Positions 44,443 through 56,618 of a DNA stretch of 64,000 bases are shown one piece after another (the stretch's first letter is position 1; each line of letters opens with the position of its first letter). The translations under genes were made by a program, and so were the position numbers. The notes beneath the pieces are model-generated. The model saw only the letters and a list, made by a program, of their open reading frames with translations, did not search any database and was not told the DNA's origin. The DNA comes from Squalus acanthias (taxonomy: Eukaryota). Where the stretch lies: assembly GCA_030390025.1 (NCBI GenBank), contig CM059431.1, forward strand, positions 125,800,001-125,864,000. The letters are read 5' to 3'.

Positions 44443-47258
44443 ATGGTGCAACAGGGGAGAGAGCTTGCTTCAAGGTTCTCTGACGCTGCACTAGAGGCCT
44501 TGGTGGCGGAGATGGAGAGGAGGAGAGAGGTCCTCTATCCACAGGGTGCCTGGAGGCTCACCAGACAATCTCTGTGAAGACAGTGGGACCAGATTGCCGT
44601 GGCGGTCAGTGCCAGCAATCAAGCCCCGAAGATCTAGATGGAGTTCCCCAAAAAGTTCAATGAGCTCACACGAGTGGTCAAGGTCAGTGAATTCAGCATA
44701 AATTCCATATCCCACCAACTGCACCACTAGCCTCACACACTGCTCAATACACCACACCCCTGTCACTCACATAGAATCACAGAATCATAGAAAGTTACAT
44801 CATGGAAGGAGGTCATTTCGGCCCATTGTGTCCACGCCGGCCAACAAAGAGCTATCCAGCCTAATCCCACTACCCAGCTCTTGGTCCGTAGCCCTGAAAG
44901 TTAGAGCATCCCAAGTGCACATCCAAGTACTTTTTAAATGTGGTTAGGGTTCCTGCCTCTATCACCCTTTCAGGCAGTGAGTTCCAGACCCCCACAACCC
45001 TCTGGGTGAAGAAATTTCCCCTCAAATCCCCTCTAGACCTTCCGCCAATTACTTTAAATCTGTGCCCCCTGGTTTTTGACCCCTGTGCTAAGGGAAATAG
45101 GTCCTTTCTATCCACTTTATCTATGCCCCTCATAATTTTATACACCTCAATAAGGTCTCCCCTCAGCCCCCCGTGTTCCAAGGAAAACAGACCCAGCCTA
45201 TCCAGTCTTTCCTCATAGCTAAGATTCTCTGCTCCTGGCAACATCCTTGTAAATCTCCTCTGTACCCTCTCTAGTGCAATCACATCTTTCCTGTAATGTG
45301 GTGACCAGAACTGCACGCAGTACTCTAGCTGAGGCCTAACTAGTGTTTTATACAGTTGAAGCATAACCCCCCTGCTATTGTATTCTATGCCACGGCTAAT
45401 AAAGGCAAGTATTCTGTATGCCTTCTTAACCACCTTATCTACTTGGCATGCTACCTTCAGGGATCTGTGGACATGCACTCCAAGGTCCCTTTGTTCCTCT
45501 ACACTACTCAGTGTCCTACCATTTAATGTGTATTCCCTTTCCTTGTTAGCCCTCCCCAAATGCATTACCTCACACTTCTCCGGATTGAATTCCTTTTGCC
45601 ACTGTTCTGCCCACCTGACCAATTTTTTGATATCTTCCTGCAGTCTACAGCTTCCTTCTTCAGTATCAACCACACAGCCGATTTTAGTATCATTTGCAAA
45701 CTTCTTAATCATACCCCTTATATTCAAGTCTAGATCGTTGATATATACCACAAAAAGCAAGGGACCTAGTACTGAGCCCTGCGGAACCCCACTGGAAACA
45801 ACCTTCCAGTCACAAAAACACCCATCAACCCTTACCCTCTGCTTCCTGTCACCTACGAATAATCTCTATAAATTATGACTTATATCTCACCTTCATAGTT
45901 TCACCTCACCCTCACACACTTAGCACTGCTGCAAGCCTCACACCCACATCTCACAGCTTGCACACACTGCCAGCTATTCAACCATGAAAAGAACATCACC
46001 CAAAAAGAGTGCACCACATTCATCTGACACAATCTCCTCTCTCTTGCAAGCTGCAGATGGTGTAAGTATGCACATCTTACTTTCCACCCCGCCCCTCGCC
46101 ACAACCCTACCCTTGTGCCTTTCTCCTTTCAGATACCCAAGAACTGCAACCTGGCCCGGCAATAGTGGAAGAGCAAGAGGTGAAAGAGCAGGAAAACAGT
46201 GCGGAAGAAGGAACAATATCACCAAATTTCATACTCGCAGCCACCAGCTCAAATACTGACACACCGCTTAATTTATAGGATAGCTTAGAGGTAGGACCTG
46301 CATGTGGTGAGACACCAGGTATGAGTGACCTGTAGCCAGGGCAGTGGAAAAGGTAGCACAGGTGTCAGCTCCCCGGAGGGCGAGGTCGCACACGAGTTCT
46401 GCTGCAGAGGACTCAGATGAGCACTTCAGGCTACAGAAGAAGAATGATGGGTATGCACAATGAAATGCTTGGTGCAATGTCAGGCCTGCCAGAAAGCCTG
46501 CATGCAATGCCCAGGAGCATTAAGGAGTTCAGCACCAAGAAGGCACAGGACTTTGCGCAGTGTTTGGAGCCCATCCTTACAGCGTGGAAGTGGTGGCCAA
46601 CTCCATTAGCACACTTGCAGATCCAACCATGATGCCGCGTCTGATGGCCGATGTCTCAGCTTCCACTGCAGCACAAGCAGAAGACACCCAATATGTGGGT
46701 ACTGCAGTGGAAGCTCAGACTTCTACCATGCAAGGTCAACTTGCTGCCATGCAAGCTCAAACTGCTCTCATGGAAGCTCAGCTTGCTGCCACGCAAGCTC
46801 AGACTGCTGTCATCATGGCTGCAGATACCAATGTTGAAAGAGGCTTGCAGGGTGTCAGAGCAGTCCAGCAATCTGTCCTCCAACAGATTACTAGGATTGC
46901 TGAGACACTACCCCGGGGGAGTGGCAATGGCTGCATGGAGCACGAACGTGAGGTCCTCTCTCAGGATGACAGCATTCGTCCTCCCACCACTGCCACTCCA
47001 CCAGTGCCCTTGCTGTTGCCTGTCAGCCAGCCAGCACAGACTGCTGCCGCCCATGCCGAGATGGTACAATCCGAAGCCGGGCCTTCTAGGCCCAGAGTTG
47101 CTCGAGGTCGTCCTGCAAGGCCATCTACAGTGTCCCCCACTGAAAGTCAGCAGCTTTCCACCAGCCATGCTGCAGCCACTGGGGAAGCACTTCATAGGAG
47201 TACTAGGACAGACAAAGGCACATGGAAGACAGGCACTAAGGGAATGTACAAGGGTGAT
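44443..47258 (+). pseudogene. Harbinger Myb/SANT-like gene, frameshifted, CR1 in intron 1
   Basis: MVQQGRELASRFSDAALEALVAEMERRREVLYP..KKFNELTRVVK|gtcagt. The last exon (46560-47300 ORF) parallels 30496-31398 (RGRP, ATGEA..RST). Confidence 0.75.
44770..45852 (-). mobile_element. CR1 LINE, 5'-truncated
   Basis: ORF 44870-45760 (YINDLD, KFAND, LVRPQLEYC, KTRGH); ATTCT-type tail. Confidence 0.92.
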
Positions 47259-47430
47259 TGGGTGATGTTTGTATGCAATATTGCATGGTTTGATTTATAA
47301 ATTTGGTTTGGAATGTTTATTTAGTGTTGGCTTTTATTTTTGCATTGTGGCTAAATGGACGCTGTGATGGTCAGTAACAGAGGGATGGTAGGGTGTGGGA
47401 CTGTTGGTGAATGGGGAATTGGGATTGCGT

Positions 47431-48523
47431 TTACTGGTATCGCGGTCGGATGAGTTGTTCACGGGCAGCCTGGCCAGAAAGGGGCTGTCTAGGTTGTCTC
47501 CTCCCTTTCTCCTGCTCCTCCTCCTGCTCCCCACCTGGTCGCCGTATGGCTGGTGGCAACGGCTGTGCCCTCATGCAGCAGGCCACCACGAATCTTGACA
47601 CGTGCTCTGCCGAGTCCTGCAGGGCTTCTCCAGAGCAGTATAAGCTTTGTTTCAGCACGCCAATGGTGTGCTCTGTCACATTCCGTGTGGAAGCATGGCT
47701 TCCATTGTATGCATGCTGCCCACATGTGCGTGGCTTGCACACCGGCAACATGAGCCACGTGGTCAATGGATAGCCCTTGTCACCCAGTAGCCACCCTCTG
47801 GTTTGTCATGGTGGCTCAAATGCAGCTGGCACAGTGGACTGCCACAGAATGAACGCATCATGACTGCTGCCAGGATGTCGGGCATTGACCTGCATGATTC
47901 GTTGCCTGTGGACATTGAAGGAGTGGAATCCTTTTCGGTTGCGGTGTATCTCAGAGTTTACATGCGGCGCCCGCGAGGTGACGTGCGTGCAGTCAATGGA
48001 ATTTTGCACTATGGGGAAGCCTGCAATCCTCACAAAGCCGTGTGCTTGCTCCACATGCTGCTGTCTGGTAAGAGAGAATGAAATGTATTCATCTCTCTTG
48101 GAATACAGAGCCTCAGTGACCTCCCTTATGCAACAGTGGACGCAAACTGAGAGATGTTGCAAATATCGCCTGCTCCAGCCTGGACGCTGCCCAATTCATA
48201 AAAGTACATCGCCACGGTCACCTTCACAGCCACTAGCAATGCGGTCCTTGCCCTGCTCTGAGGTTTCAGTTGTGGCTGCAGCAGGTGGCAGATTTCAGTG
48301 AGGACGTCCTTGGTGAAGCGCAGACATCTGACACACTGTTCCTGACTGAGGTTCAGGTAGGTGAATTGCTCCCTGAACACCCTGGGCGGATATGGCCTCC
48401 TGCTGAGAGCCCTTCTCCAGTTCTCCTCTTCCCTCTGCCAGCAGCTTGTCCTGCTATGTATCTCCTCTGCTCAGTCTCCCTGTCATGCTGTAGACCAAGT
48501 GGAATGCCTACTACTGCCCCCAT
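47431..48523 (-). pseudogene. HARBI1-like DDE transposase pseudogene
   Basis: [82 protein letters not shown]. Frameshifts and a stop. Confidence 0.9.
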
Positions 48524-51238
48524 GTCTGGGAGCAAGTGGTCGGTGCAGAATCCGTGAAGTCAGTACAAAGTCCTTCAGCATGTGCCACAGCACTCCTGTA
48601 GACTTTAGCAACTTTAAAGGACTCTAGAAACCACTAAACTCAGCAACAGCCAGGAGAGATCAATCAGAAACTAACCTAAAAGTAGTTGATGATCCCTTTA
48701 AATAGTACTGGGGGGTGGTGGTCCTTACTGCTACCGAACCTGTGTTCAGCTGCGCGTGTTGGCTGGAACATTGAACTCCAAAATGGCAGAGCTGGCGTCA
48801 AATCAGCATTGCACGCTGATTGACGTCACGAGATGCCTACTCTGCATACTTCCAGCGGACACTCCCTGCGCACACACTAAAGCCCTCACCAAGATGACGT
48901 GTAGTGCGGCTCACACCAGAAGGCTGAGTGTGCACCACGGACGCCATTTTGGAGCCAAAACGGTCCTCGTAGTGCCGAAAAAACGGGCGCGAGTGAGCCG
49001 AATTTTGCGGCCTTTTCCTTCAACATCACTGACCTGATTGCGCACTGATGTTACTTGGTCTCACACAGAAGTAGAGCTTTGGCATATCTAGCTCATTGAG
49101 GATGTAAGGGTAAATTTTCCACATCCGCACTCCTGGTGGAAAATTAAGGGCCAGACTCATGCAATTTTCTGTAATGTGCTCCCTGCAGGCAAGGCTCCAT
49201 GCCAGGAATGCAGAAGCAGAAAATGAATCCTTCAATTGCTCTTTCAATGTATAAGAAAGATTTCAACGTTAAAATATACACTGCAGGCAGGAATTTGCCT
49301 TGAATAGAGAGTCTATCTAAATCTTAAATTGCTCAAATAGGATTAGCAATGCGCTAAAAGTCATCGGAATCTCCACCAGAATTGTACAGATTCAGAAATT
49401 TCTATCAGTTGGCTTCCTGTATCTGTTCTATCTTCTTCAGTTGATAAAAGCAGATGGTCTGATGTCACTCATCCGCCAGAATGCTACCAAAGCTGTTTCT
49501 TGTTGGAACATGCACAGACAAAGTTTAACTGCTCAAGAAAGGGCCCTCTCCTCATTAGTTTTCCCTCTCTTCTTCAAAAACCACAACAGAATTAGCTAAA
49601 TTTGGTCTCTGACCCACTGCAAATGTCAGTCAAGCCTGAGAATTGAATTGCTCTATCTTATTTTGGAGTCCAATGGTCCAGCACTGCAGCTGCACCATGG
49701 TACTGAACGTTTGATTTCACCTTATAACAGTCTCATGGTCTTATTTAATATGATTACATTGGAGACACCAGATGCACTTTCCTAGCATATGAGGTCATGG
49801 CACTGAGATCATTGTGAATCAGACTTACTGTATTACATCCTAAATTTTGAGTCTTATAGTGCCCCACTAGCAAGGATGCTGTTATTGTTATTGAGACAAA
49901 TGATTATATTTGGATGAGAATTTAAAAAAGGAAAGACCTTTTCACACAATAGCTGGAACTTACCGACGCTGTATTTATGTCGTGATAATTTTTCATAATA
50001 CCTTGAACTGTCAGATCTTGAAACATGCCACCATAATTATTTTTTAAGAGAGACAGCATTTTTCAACAGAGGCAGAGGGAATTGGATGAGAACAGGAAAA
50101 GTAACAAAAAACAGAAGGTTTAGTAATTATTTTCTTACAAAGTCCATCAGAGATCATACTTACTCTATTTTATTCTGACAGGACCATGATGTTGATTACA
50201 AATAATAGCTTCACATCTTTCAAACCCTTGAGGAAATACTATTTGAAAAATCTTGTTCAATGTTTTCACAATAATAGGAAACAATTTGCAACAGGGAGTT
50301 TGTACCGAGATCACATCAATACAAGAAAAGTGCTTTGTGTAGAAATTACTGCTTAAAATATTAGTGAATTAATGCCTAACACTATTGTATGACACCCCTC
50401 TGTCCAATAATTTACCGCAGACATTAACCCGTTTATTTTAATGGATTAATGCTTCCGCTAAAACAGTGGACAAAGTAATGCCATATGAACACCTTAAACT
50501 CAACTGAATGGGTACAACCACAATGATGCTTAATAAGCTCAACACCATCCAGTTCCATGCTATCTTGCTTGATCAGTGCTTTGCCACTGGACTCAATACC
50601 CACCCCCTCTACCACTGATGCACTGTGACTGTAGTATGCATTATCTACAGGATGCACTGCAGCAATGCACCAAGTTTGCTTCGCCAGCACCTCCTATCTC
50701 CGTGACCTCTGCCACCGACAGGGACAAAAGCAGCAATATCATGGGAGTGCCATCACCTCCAAGTTCCCTTCCAAGTCAAACAACATCCTGACTTGAACCA
50801 TTCCCCCAGAAATGTTGCACCTTAATATCACTGAGAGGGCATCATGAGTGGCTCAAGAATAAGAGCCTCCACCACCTTATTAGGGCAACCATGGATGAGC
50901 AATAAATGTGGCTTCGTTAGCATTGATCGCATCCGGATAGTACATTCATTTTTCTGATTATGTTGCAGTGAAGTATCTTCAAATGTTTTTCTATGTTAAA
51001 AGTGTGAAATAAAGGCAAGTTGTTGTTGTAATGTCAGTATCAATAGTGTCTATGTGTAAGGAAAGGTTAATGCCCCTTGCTATATTCATGGTTATTTAAT
51101 TTTTTGCACAAACCCCAGGGTCAGTATTGAGGTGCATCTACTCCAGATCTCCATCACTGATCCAGTCAAAGTTCATGGGGTCATGGACAAGTTCCTTTGT
51201 TGCCTATCATTGGTTGGTGCCCGCACCATTAAGAAAAG

Positions 51239-51679
51239 AAAAAAGAAAGACTTGCATTTATATAGTGCCTTTCACGACCACTGGACATCCCAAAGTGCTT
51301 TACAGCCAATTAAGTACTTTTTGAAGTGTGGTCACTGTTGTAATATGGGAAACACGGCAGACAATTTGCGCCCTGCAAGCTCCTATAAGCAGCAATGTGA
51401 TAATGACCAGATAGTCTGTTTTAGTGATGTTGATTGAGGGATAAACATTGGCCAGGACACCGGGGAAAACTCCCTGCTCTTCTTCGAAATAGTGCCATGG
51501 GATCTTTTAGGTCCACCTGAGAGAATGGCACTATTTCGAAGAAGAGCAGGGAGTTTTCCCCAGTGTCCTGGCCAATGTTTATCCCTCAATCAACATCACT
51601 AAAACAGACTATCTGGTCATTATCACATTGCTGCTTATAGGAGCTTGCAGGGCACAAATTGTCTGCTGTGTTTCTTATA
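51239..51679 (-). mobile_element. Deu-domain SINE fragment with fold-back duplication
   Basis: Reverse-complement match to 27310-27576. 51344-51498 is inverted at 51525-51679. Confidence 0.85.
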
Positions 51680-52632
51680 CTGCAGATGATCCCTATGCTA
51701 GCATGGAGGAGGATGTAGGCAGAACACTTGAGGGAGGTGGATGACTTTGACTGCCACTGGCAGCATCACTCCTCGAGTGGAGGGTAACTGAAGGCCTATT
51801 TTGCCACAGATGACACGGGTTTGAAACTGCCTCCCTGCTGACCTCACGCTGCAGAACAATTGCCCTTGCATAAGTGTGCCAAGATTTGCAGATATTGTTG
51901 CTGGGAAAATGGTGATTGCAAGGAGTCCAACTCAGGTGCTAGCTGATCTCCATGGTATGCCTCCTTTCATCTTGTACCAGTAAACCATTAGTGTGATTGG
52001 GCTGCTTTGAAAACAACCTTCATCATTAATTTTAAATTGCCTTGCCAAATGATATTAAGCTCTGCAGCTTGCCGTTAGATGTTCTGTCATTCCCTGAGCT
52101 GGCATGAAAGTTCATATTCTAGGACAACTTGACTGCTCCCCTCTTCTCCCGGATGAATAACTATAAAGGCTTTATTTGTAGTTGGTTTTCCAGTGACTTT
52201 GGAGATAACGATTTGGCTACTTTTCTATTGACATAAACATTTTATACTCTTATGATAACAAAAAAAACACCTCTCTCCCTTTAAGAGCATCCTTCCATAT
52301 ATGACTTGCCTTTATTGGTCATTATGAATGCACAGAACTAACACTAGGTGGGATTTCCATCCAATGGTTTGGAAATCTTTTGATACTATTCCAGACTCTC
52401 ATTTGCTTACAGGAGCAATATACATGGGCATAAAGGTTGATCAGAAAATTCAGCCGGGACCAGGTGAGACTGCTGGACATCCAATTTCCTGTTGCCTTGC
52501 TGACTGGTACACATGGGTGTGAACATTTCCACTGGGTAGAATTTCTAGCACTATGTGTTATTTAAGTCGCATCTGCTAATATTGTTATTTACATGAAAAG
52601 GGCAAGTTGGAAATCTTTCAAACTTATAAAGA

Positions 52633-53040
52633 AAAAAGAAAGAACTTGCATTTATATAGCACCTTTCACAATCTCAGCACATCCCAAAGCACTTTACAGC
52701 CAATGAAGTACGTCTGAAGTTCAGTCACAGTTGTAATGTAGAAAACAGGGCAGACAATTTACACACAGCAAGATCCCACAAACAGCAATGTAATAATGAC
52801 CAGACAATCAGTTTTAATGGAGTTGGTTGTGGGATAAATATTGGTCAGCACACTGGGGAGAACTCTCCTGCTCTTCTTAGAAATAATGCCATGGGATATT
52901 TCACCTCCACCTGAGAGGGCAGGTTTAATGTCTCATCTGAAAGGTGGCACCTCCAATGGTGTAGCACTCCCTCAGTACTGCACTGTGGTGTCAGCCTTGA
53001 GTTTGTGCTCAAGTCTCTGGAGTGTGACTTTAACCCACAA
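52633..53040 (-). mobile_element. Deu-domain SINE
   Basis: Reverse-complement match to 27141-27576. Confidence 0.85.
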
Positions 53041-53342
53041 TTCTTTATCCATAAAAAATATATAGCTGTTGTATAGAGGTGGAACAGAAATACAATTCCT
53101 GCCAATGTCCCAAACTCCTCCATCACCATCCCTGGGTATGTCCTGTCCCACCAGCAGGACAGACCCACCAGGGTTGGTGGCACAGTGGTATACAGTCGGG
53201 AAGGAGTGGCCCTGGGAATCCTCAACATTGACTCCGGACCCCATGAAGTCTCATGGCTTCAGGTGAAGCATGGGCAAAGAAACCTCCTGCTGATTACCAC
53301 CTACCGCCCTCCCTCAGCTGATGAATCAGTATTCCTCCATGT

Positions 53343-54705
53343 TGTAAGATTCTCAAAATTCACAGATCCCCCAAAAACTCGAAGACAAACCCTAAGGAAA
53401 AAGACTTTGTCTCTTTTCTAACTATTTCAGGGTGGTGAAATGCATTGGGCCTAACCAAAGGACATTTTAGAGCAAAAAACAAGATTTGGTATTTTAAAAG
53501 ACATGTCTGGACTTGTAAGGGAGAAAAGGTTGTAAAGGAAGGTGGGTTCAACCTCTGTAAAGACAGTTTGGATACTGGAGTTAATGCAAACTGTCTGGGG
53601 AACCGCATGACCTCCCTTGGAGTTAAATCGGCCCCTATCAGACATTAACATCCTAACAATAAACCCGAGGAAGAACAGTCTCCACCCAAATTACAGGACC
53701 CATCAAGACATGCATAAAACAGATCACTTCGACCCACTCTATAGAAATCCCAGGCCCAGTCAAGAAACTCAAAACGTGAGACCAATCAGCTACAATCAAG
53801 CAAGCAGATCGACAGGATGGAGCCATCCCGAAACCACTTCACACATTTACAAACAGGTTACTATTAACGAGCCCGCCAAAATCTTACAATAAACCGGGAC
53901 TGATTGGGAGGCCCCAATTAGTATAATTGATCGCCTGTTTTCTCAAGAAGTCAGTTCAGCAGTTACAACAAGTTCTCTACAAGTTCAAGGGTGGAGCAGT
54001 TACACAGTTACAACAGAAAGGAGTTCTCGAGTACAACCGTACACAGTTCAACAGAAACAAGTTCAACAAGCAACAGCAAGAGTCAGCAAGGAAGCAGCTC
54101 TCCAGTACAACTGTTCAGCAGTTACGTGTCCAGCCAGGAGGTCGACAGCTCGAAAACAAGACCGTTCAACGAAGGAGGCCAACAGCTCCAGAAGTAGGCC
54201 GACATGCAAGAAGAGACCAGAGCGACCATCTCAGTGATCATCAGACACCTCGCGGCAACAAGGGCCTTACGAAACTTTTTACTTAAAAAGACTCTAAACC
54301 CTACCTCTAACCAAAGAAAAGTGGGTACTCACCCGATAAATCCAATCCAGCGAACCCTGAAACCGCGAACCAGCTCAACTGTCAAGGATTTGTTTGGTGA
54401 GCATTATCCCTGGTTCTCTAGAGCCCAACTTAGCTAGTAAAGTGGGATTGGGAAGGGTGAGGTATTCTTCTAATGTGATTTACCACGTTTGTACCAAAGA
54501 GTTCCCCATTTTATTAGTGTTAAGATTGTTGTGTTATATTTACTCTCTTGAATAAAATCAAAAGTTCTTGCACCAAACCAGTTGTCTGCTGCACTTTGGT
54601 CACAACCCCCAAATAAGTCCAAGGTCTAGCATCAAGGGAATGGGAGCGATTCGAACCGCACAGAAGTCAGAGGTGAAGCTGAAACACACACCACCACCCC
54701 CTACA
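53343..54705 (+). mobile_element. Solo LTR (1363 bp), third family
   Basis: TGTAAG...CCCCTACA with TSD ATGT (53339-53342, 54706-54709). The host LINE rejoins as CTCC ATGT TGAACACC. AATAAA at 54551. Confidence 0.88.
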
Positions 54706-56618
54706 ATGTTGAACACCACTTGGAAGAAGCACTGAGAGTAGCAAGGGCACAAAATGTGCTCTGGGTGGGGATCTTCAATGTCCATCACCAAGAGTGGCTC
54801 AGTAGCACCACTACTGAATGAGCTGGCCGAGTCCTGAAGGAAATAACTGCCAGTCTGGGCCTGCGACAGGTGGTGAGAGATCCAACACAAGGGAAAAACC
54901 TTCTTGACCTCGTCCTCACCAATCTACCTGTCGCAGATGCATCTGTCCATGACAGCATTGGTAGCAGTGACCAACGCACAGTCATTTTGGAGACTAAGTC
55001 CCAACTTCACACTGAGGACACCCTCCATCGTGTTGTGTGGCACTACCACCGTGCTAAATGGGATAGATTCAGAACAGATCTAGCAGCTCAAAACTGGGCA
55101 TAATTGAGGCGCTGTGGGCCATCAGCAGCAGCAGAATTGTATTCCACCACAATCTGTAACCTCATGGCCCGACATATCCCTCACTCTACCATTACCACCA
55201 AGCCAGGGGACCAACCCTGGTTCAATAAGGAGTGTAGAAGAGCATGCCGAGAGCAGCACCAGGCGTACCTAAAATTGAGGTGCCAACCTGGGGAAGCTGC
55301 AACACAGGACTACATGCATGCTAAAAAGCAGAAGCAGCATGCTATAGACAGGGCTAAGTGATCCTACAAACAACAGATCAGATCAAAGCTCTGCAGTCCT
55401 GCCACATCCAGTCGTGAATGGTGGTGGACGATTAAAAAACTAACGGGAGGAGGAGGCTCCATGAATATCCCCATCCTCAATGATGGTGGAGCCCAGTATG
55501 TGAGTGCAAAAGACAAGGTTGAAGCGTTTGCAACCATCTTCAGTCAGAAGTGCCAAGTAGATGATCCATTTCGACCTACTCCCGAGGTCCCCACCATCAC
55601 AGAAGCCAGTCTTCAGCCAATTCGATTCACTCCACATGATATCAAGAAACGGCTGAGCGCACTGGACACAGCAAAGGATATGGGCCCCGACAACATCCCG
55701 GCTAACGTGCTGAAGACTTGTGCTCCAGAAGTAGCCGTGCCTCTAGCCAAGCTGTTCCAGTACAGTTACAACACTGGCATCTATCCGACAATGTGGAAAA
55801 CTGCCCAGGTATGTCCTGTCCACAAAAAGCAGGACAAATCCAATCCGGCCAATTATCGCCCCATCAGTCTACTCTCAATCATCAGCAAATTGATGGGATG
55901 TGTCCTCGACAGTGCTATCAAGCGGCACTTACTCACCAATAACCTGCTCACTGATGCTCAGTTTGGGTTTCGCCAAGATCACTCAGCTCCCGACCTCATT
56001 ACAGCCTTTGTCCAAACATGGATAAAGGAGCTGAATTCCAGAGTTGAGGTGAGAGTGACTGCCCTCGACATCAAGGCAGCATTTGACCGAGTGTGGCATC
56101 AAGGAGCACTAGTAAAACTGAAGTCAATGGGAATCAGGGGCAAAATACTCCACTGGCTGGAGTCATACCTAGCACAAAGGAAGATGGTTGTGGTGATTGA
56201 AGGTCAATCATCACATTCCCAGGACATCGCTGCAGGAGATCCTCAGGGCAGTGTCCTAGGCCCAACCATCTTCAGCTGCTTCATCAATGACCTTCGCTCC
56301 AACATAAGGTCAGAAATGGGGACGTTCGCTGATGACTGCACATGATATCAAGAAACGGCTGAGCGCACTGGATACAGCAAAGGCTATGGGCCCCGACAAC
56401 ATCCCGGCTATCGTGCTGAAGACTTGTGCTCTAGAAGTAGCCGCGCCTCTAGCCAAGCTGTTCCAGTACAGTTACAACACTGGCATCTATCCGACAATGT
56501 GGAAAACTGCCCAGGTATGTCCTCAGATAATGAAGCAGTCCATGTCCGCATGCAACAAGACCTGGATGACATTCAGGCTTGGGCTGATAAGTGGCAGGTA
56601 ACATTCGCGCCACAGAAG

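Larger units (their letters stand above)
43352..49012. mobile_element. Autonomous-type PIF/Harbinger transposon (decayed) with two nested LINEs
   Basis: Convergent Myb/SANT (+) and transposase (-) genes. Right end GAATTTTGCGGCC at ~49000-49012. Left end degenerate and approximate. Confidence 0.8.

Noticed and set aside
47431..48523. Domesticated host HARBI1/NAIF1 genes
   Set aside because: Frameshifted and embedded in a transposon with several diverged relatives in the window.
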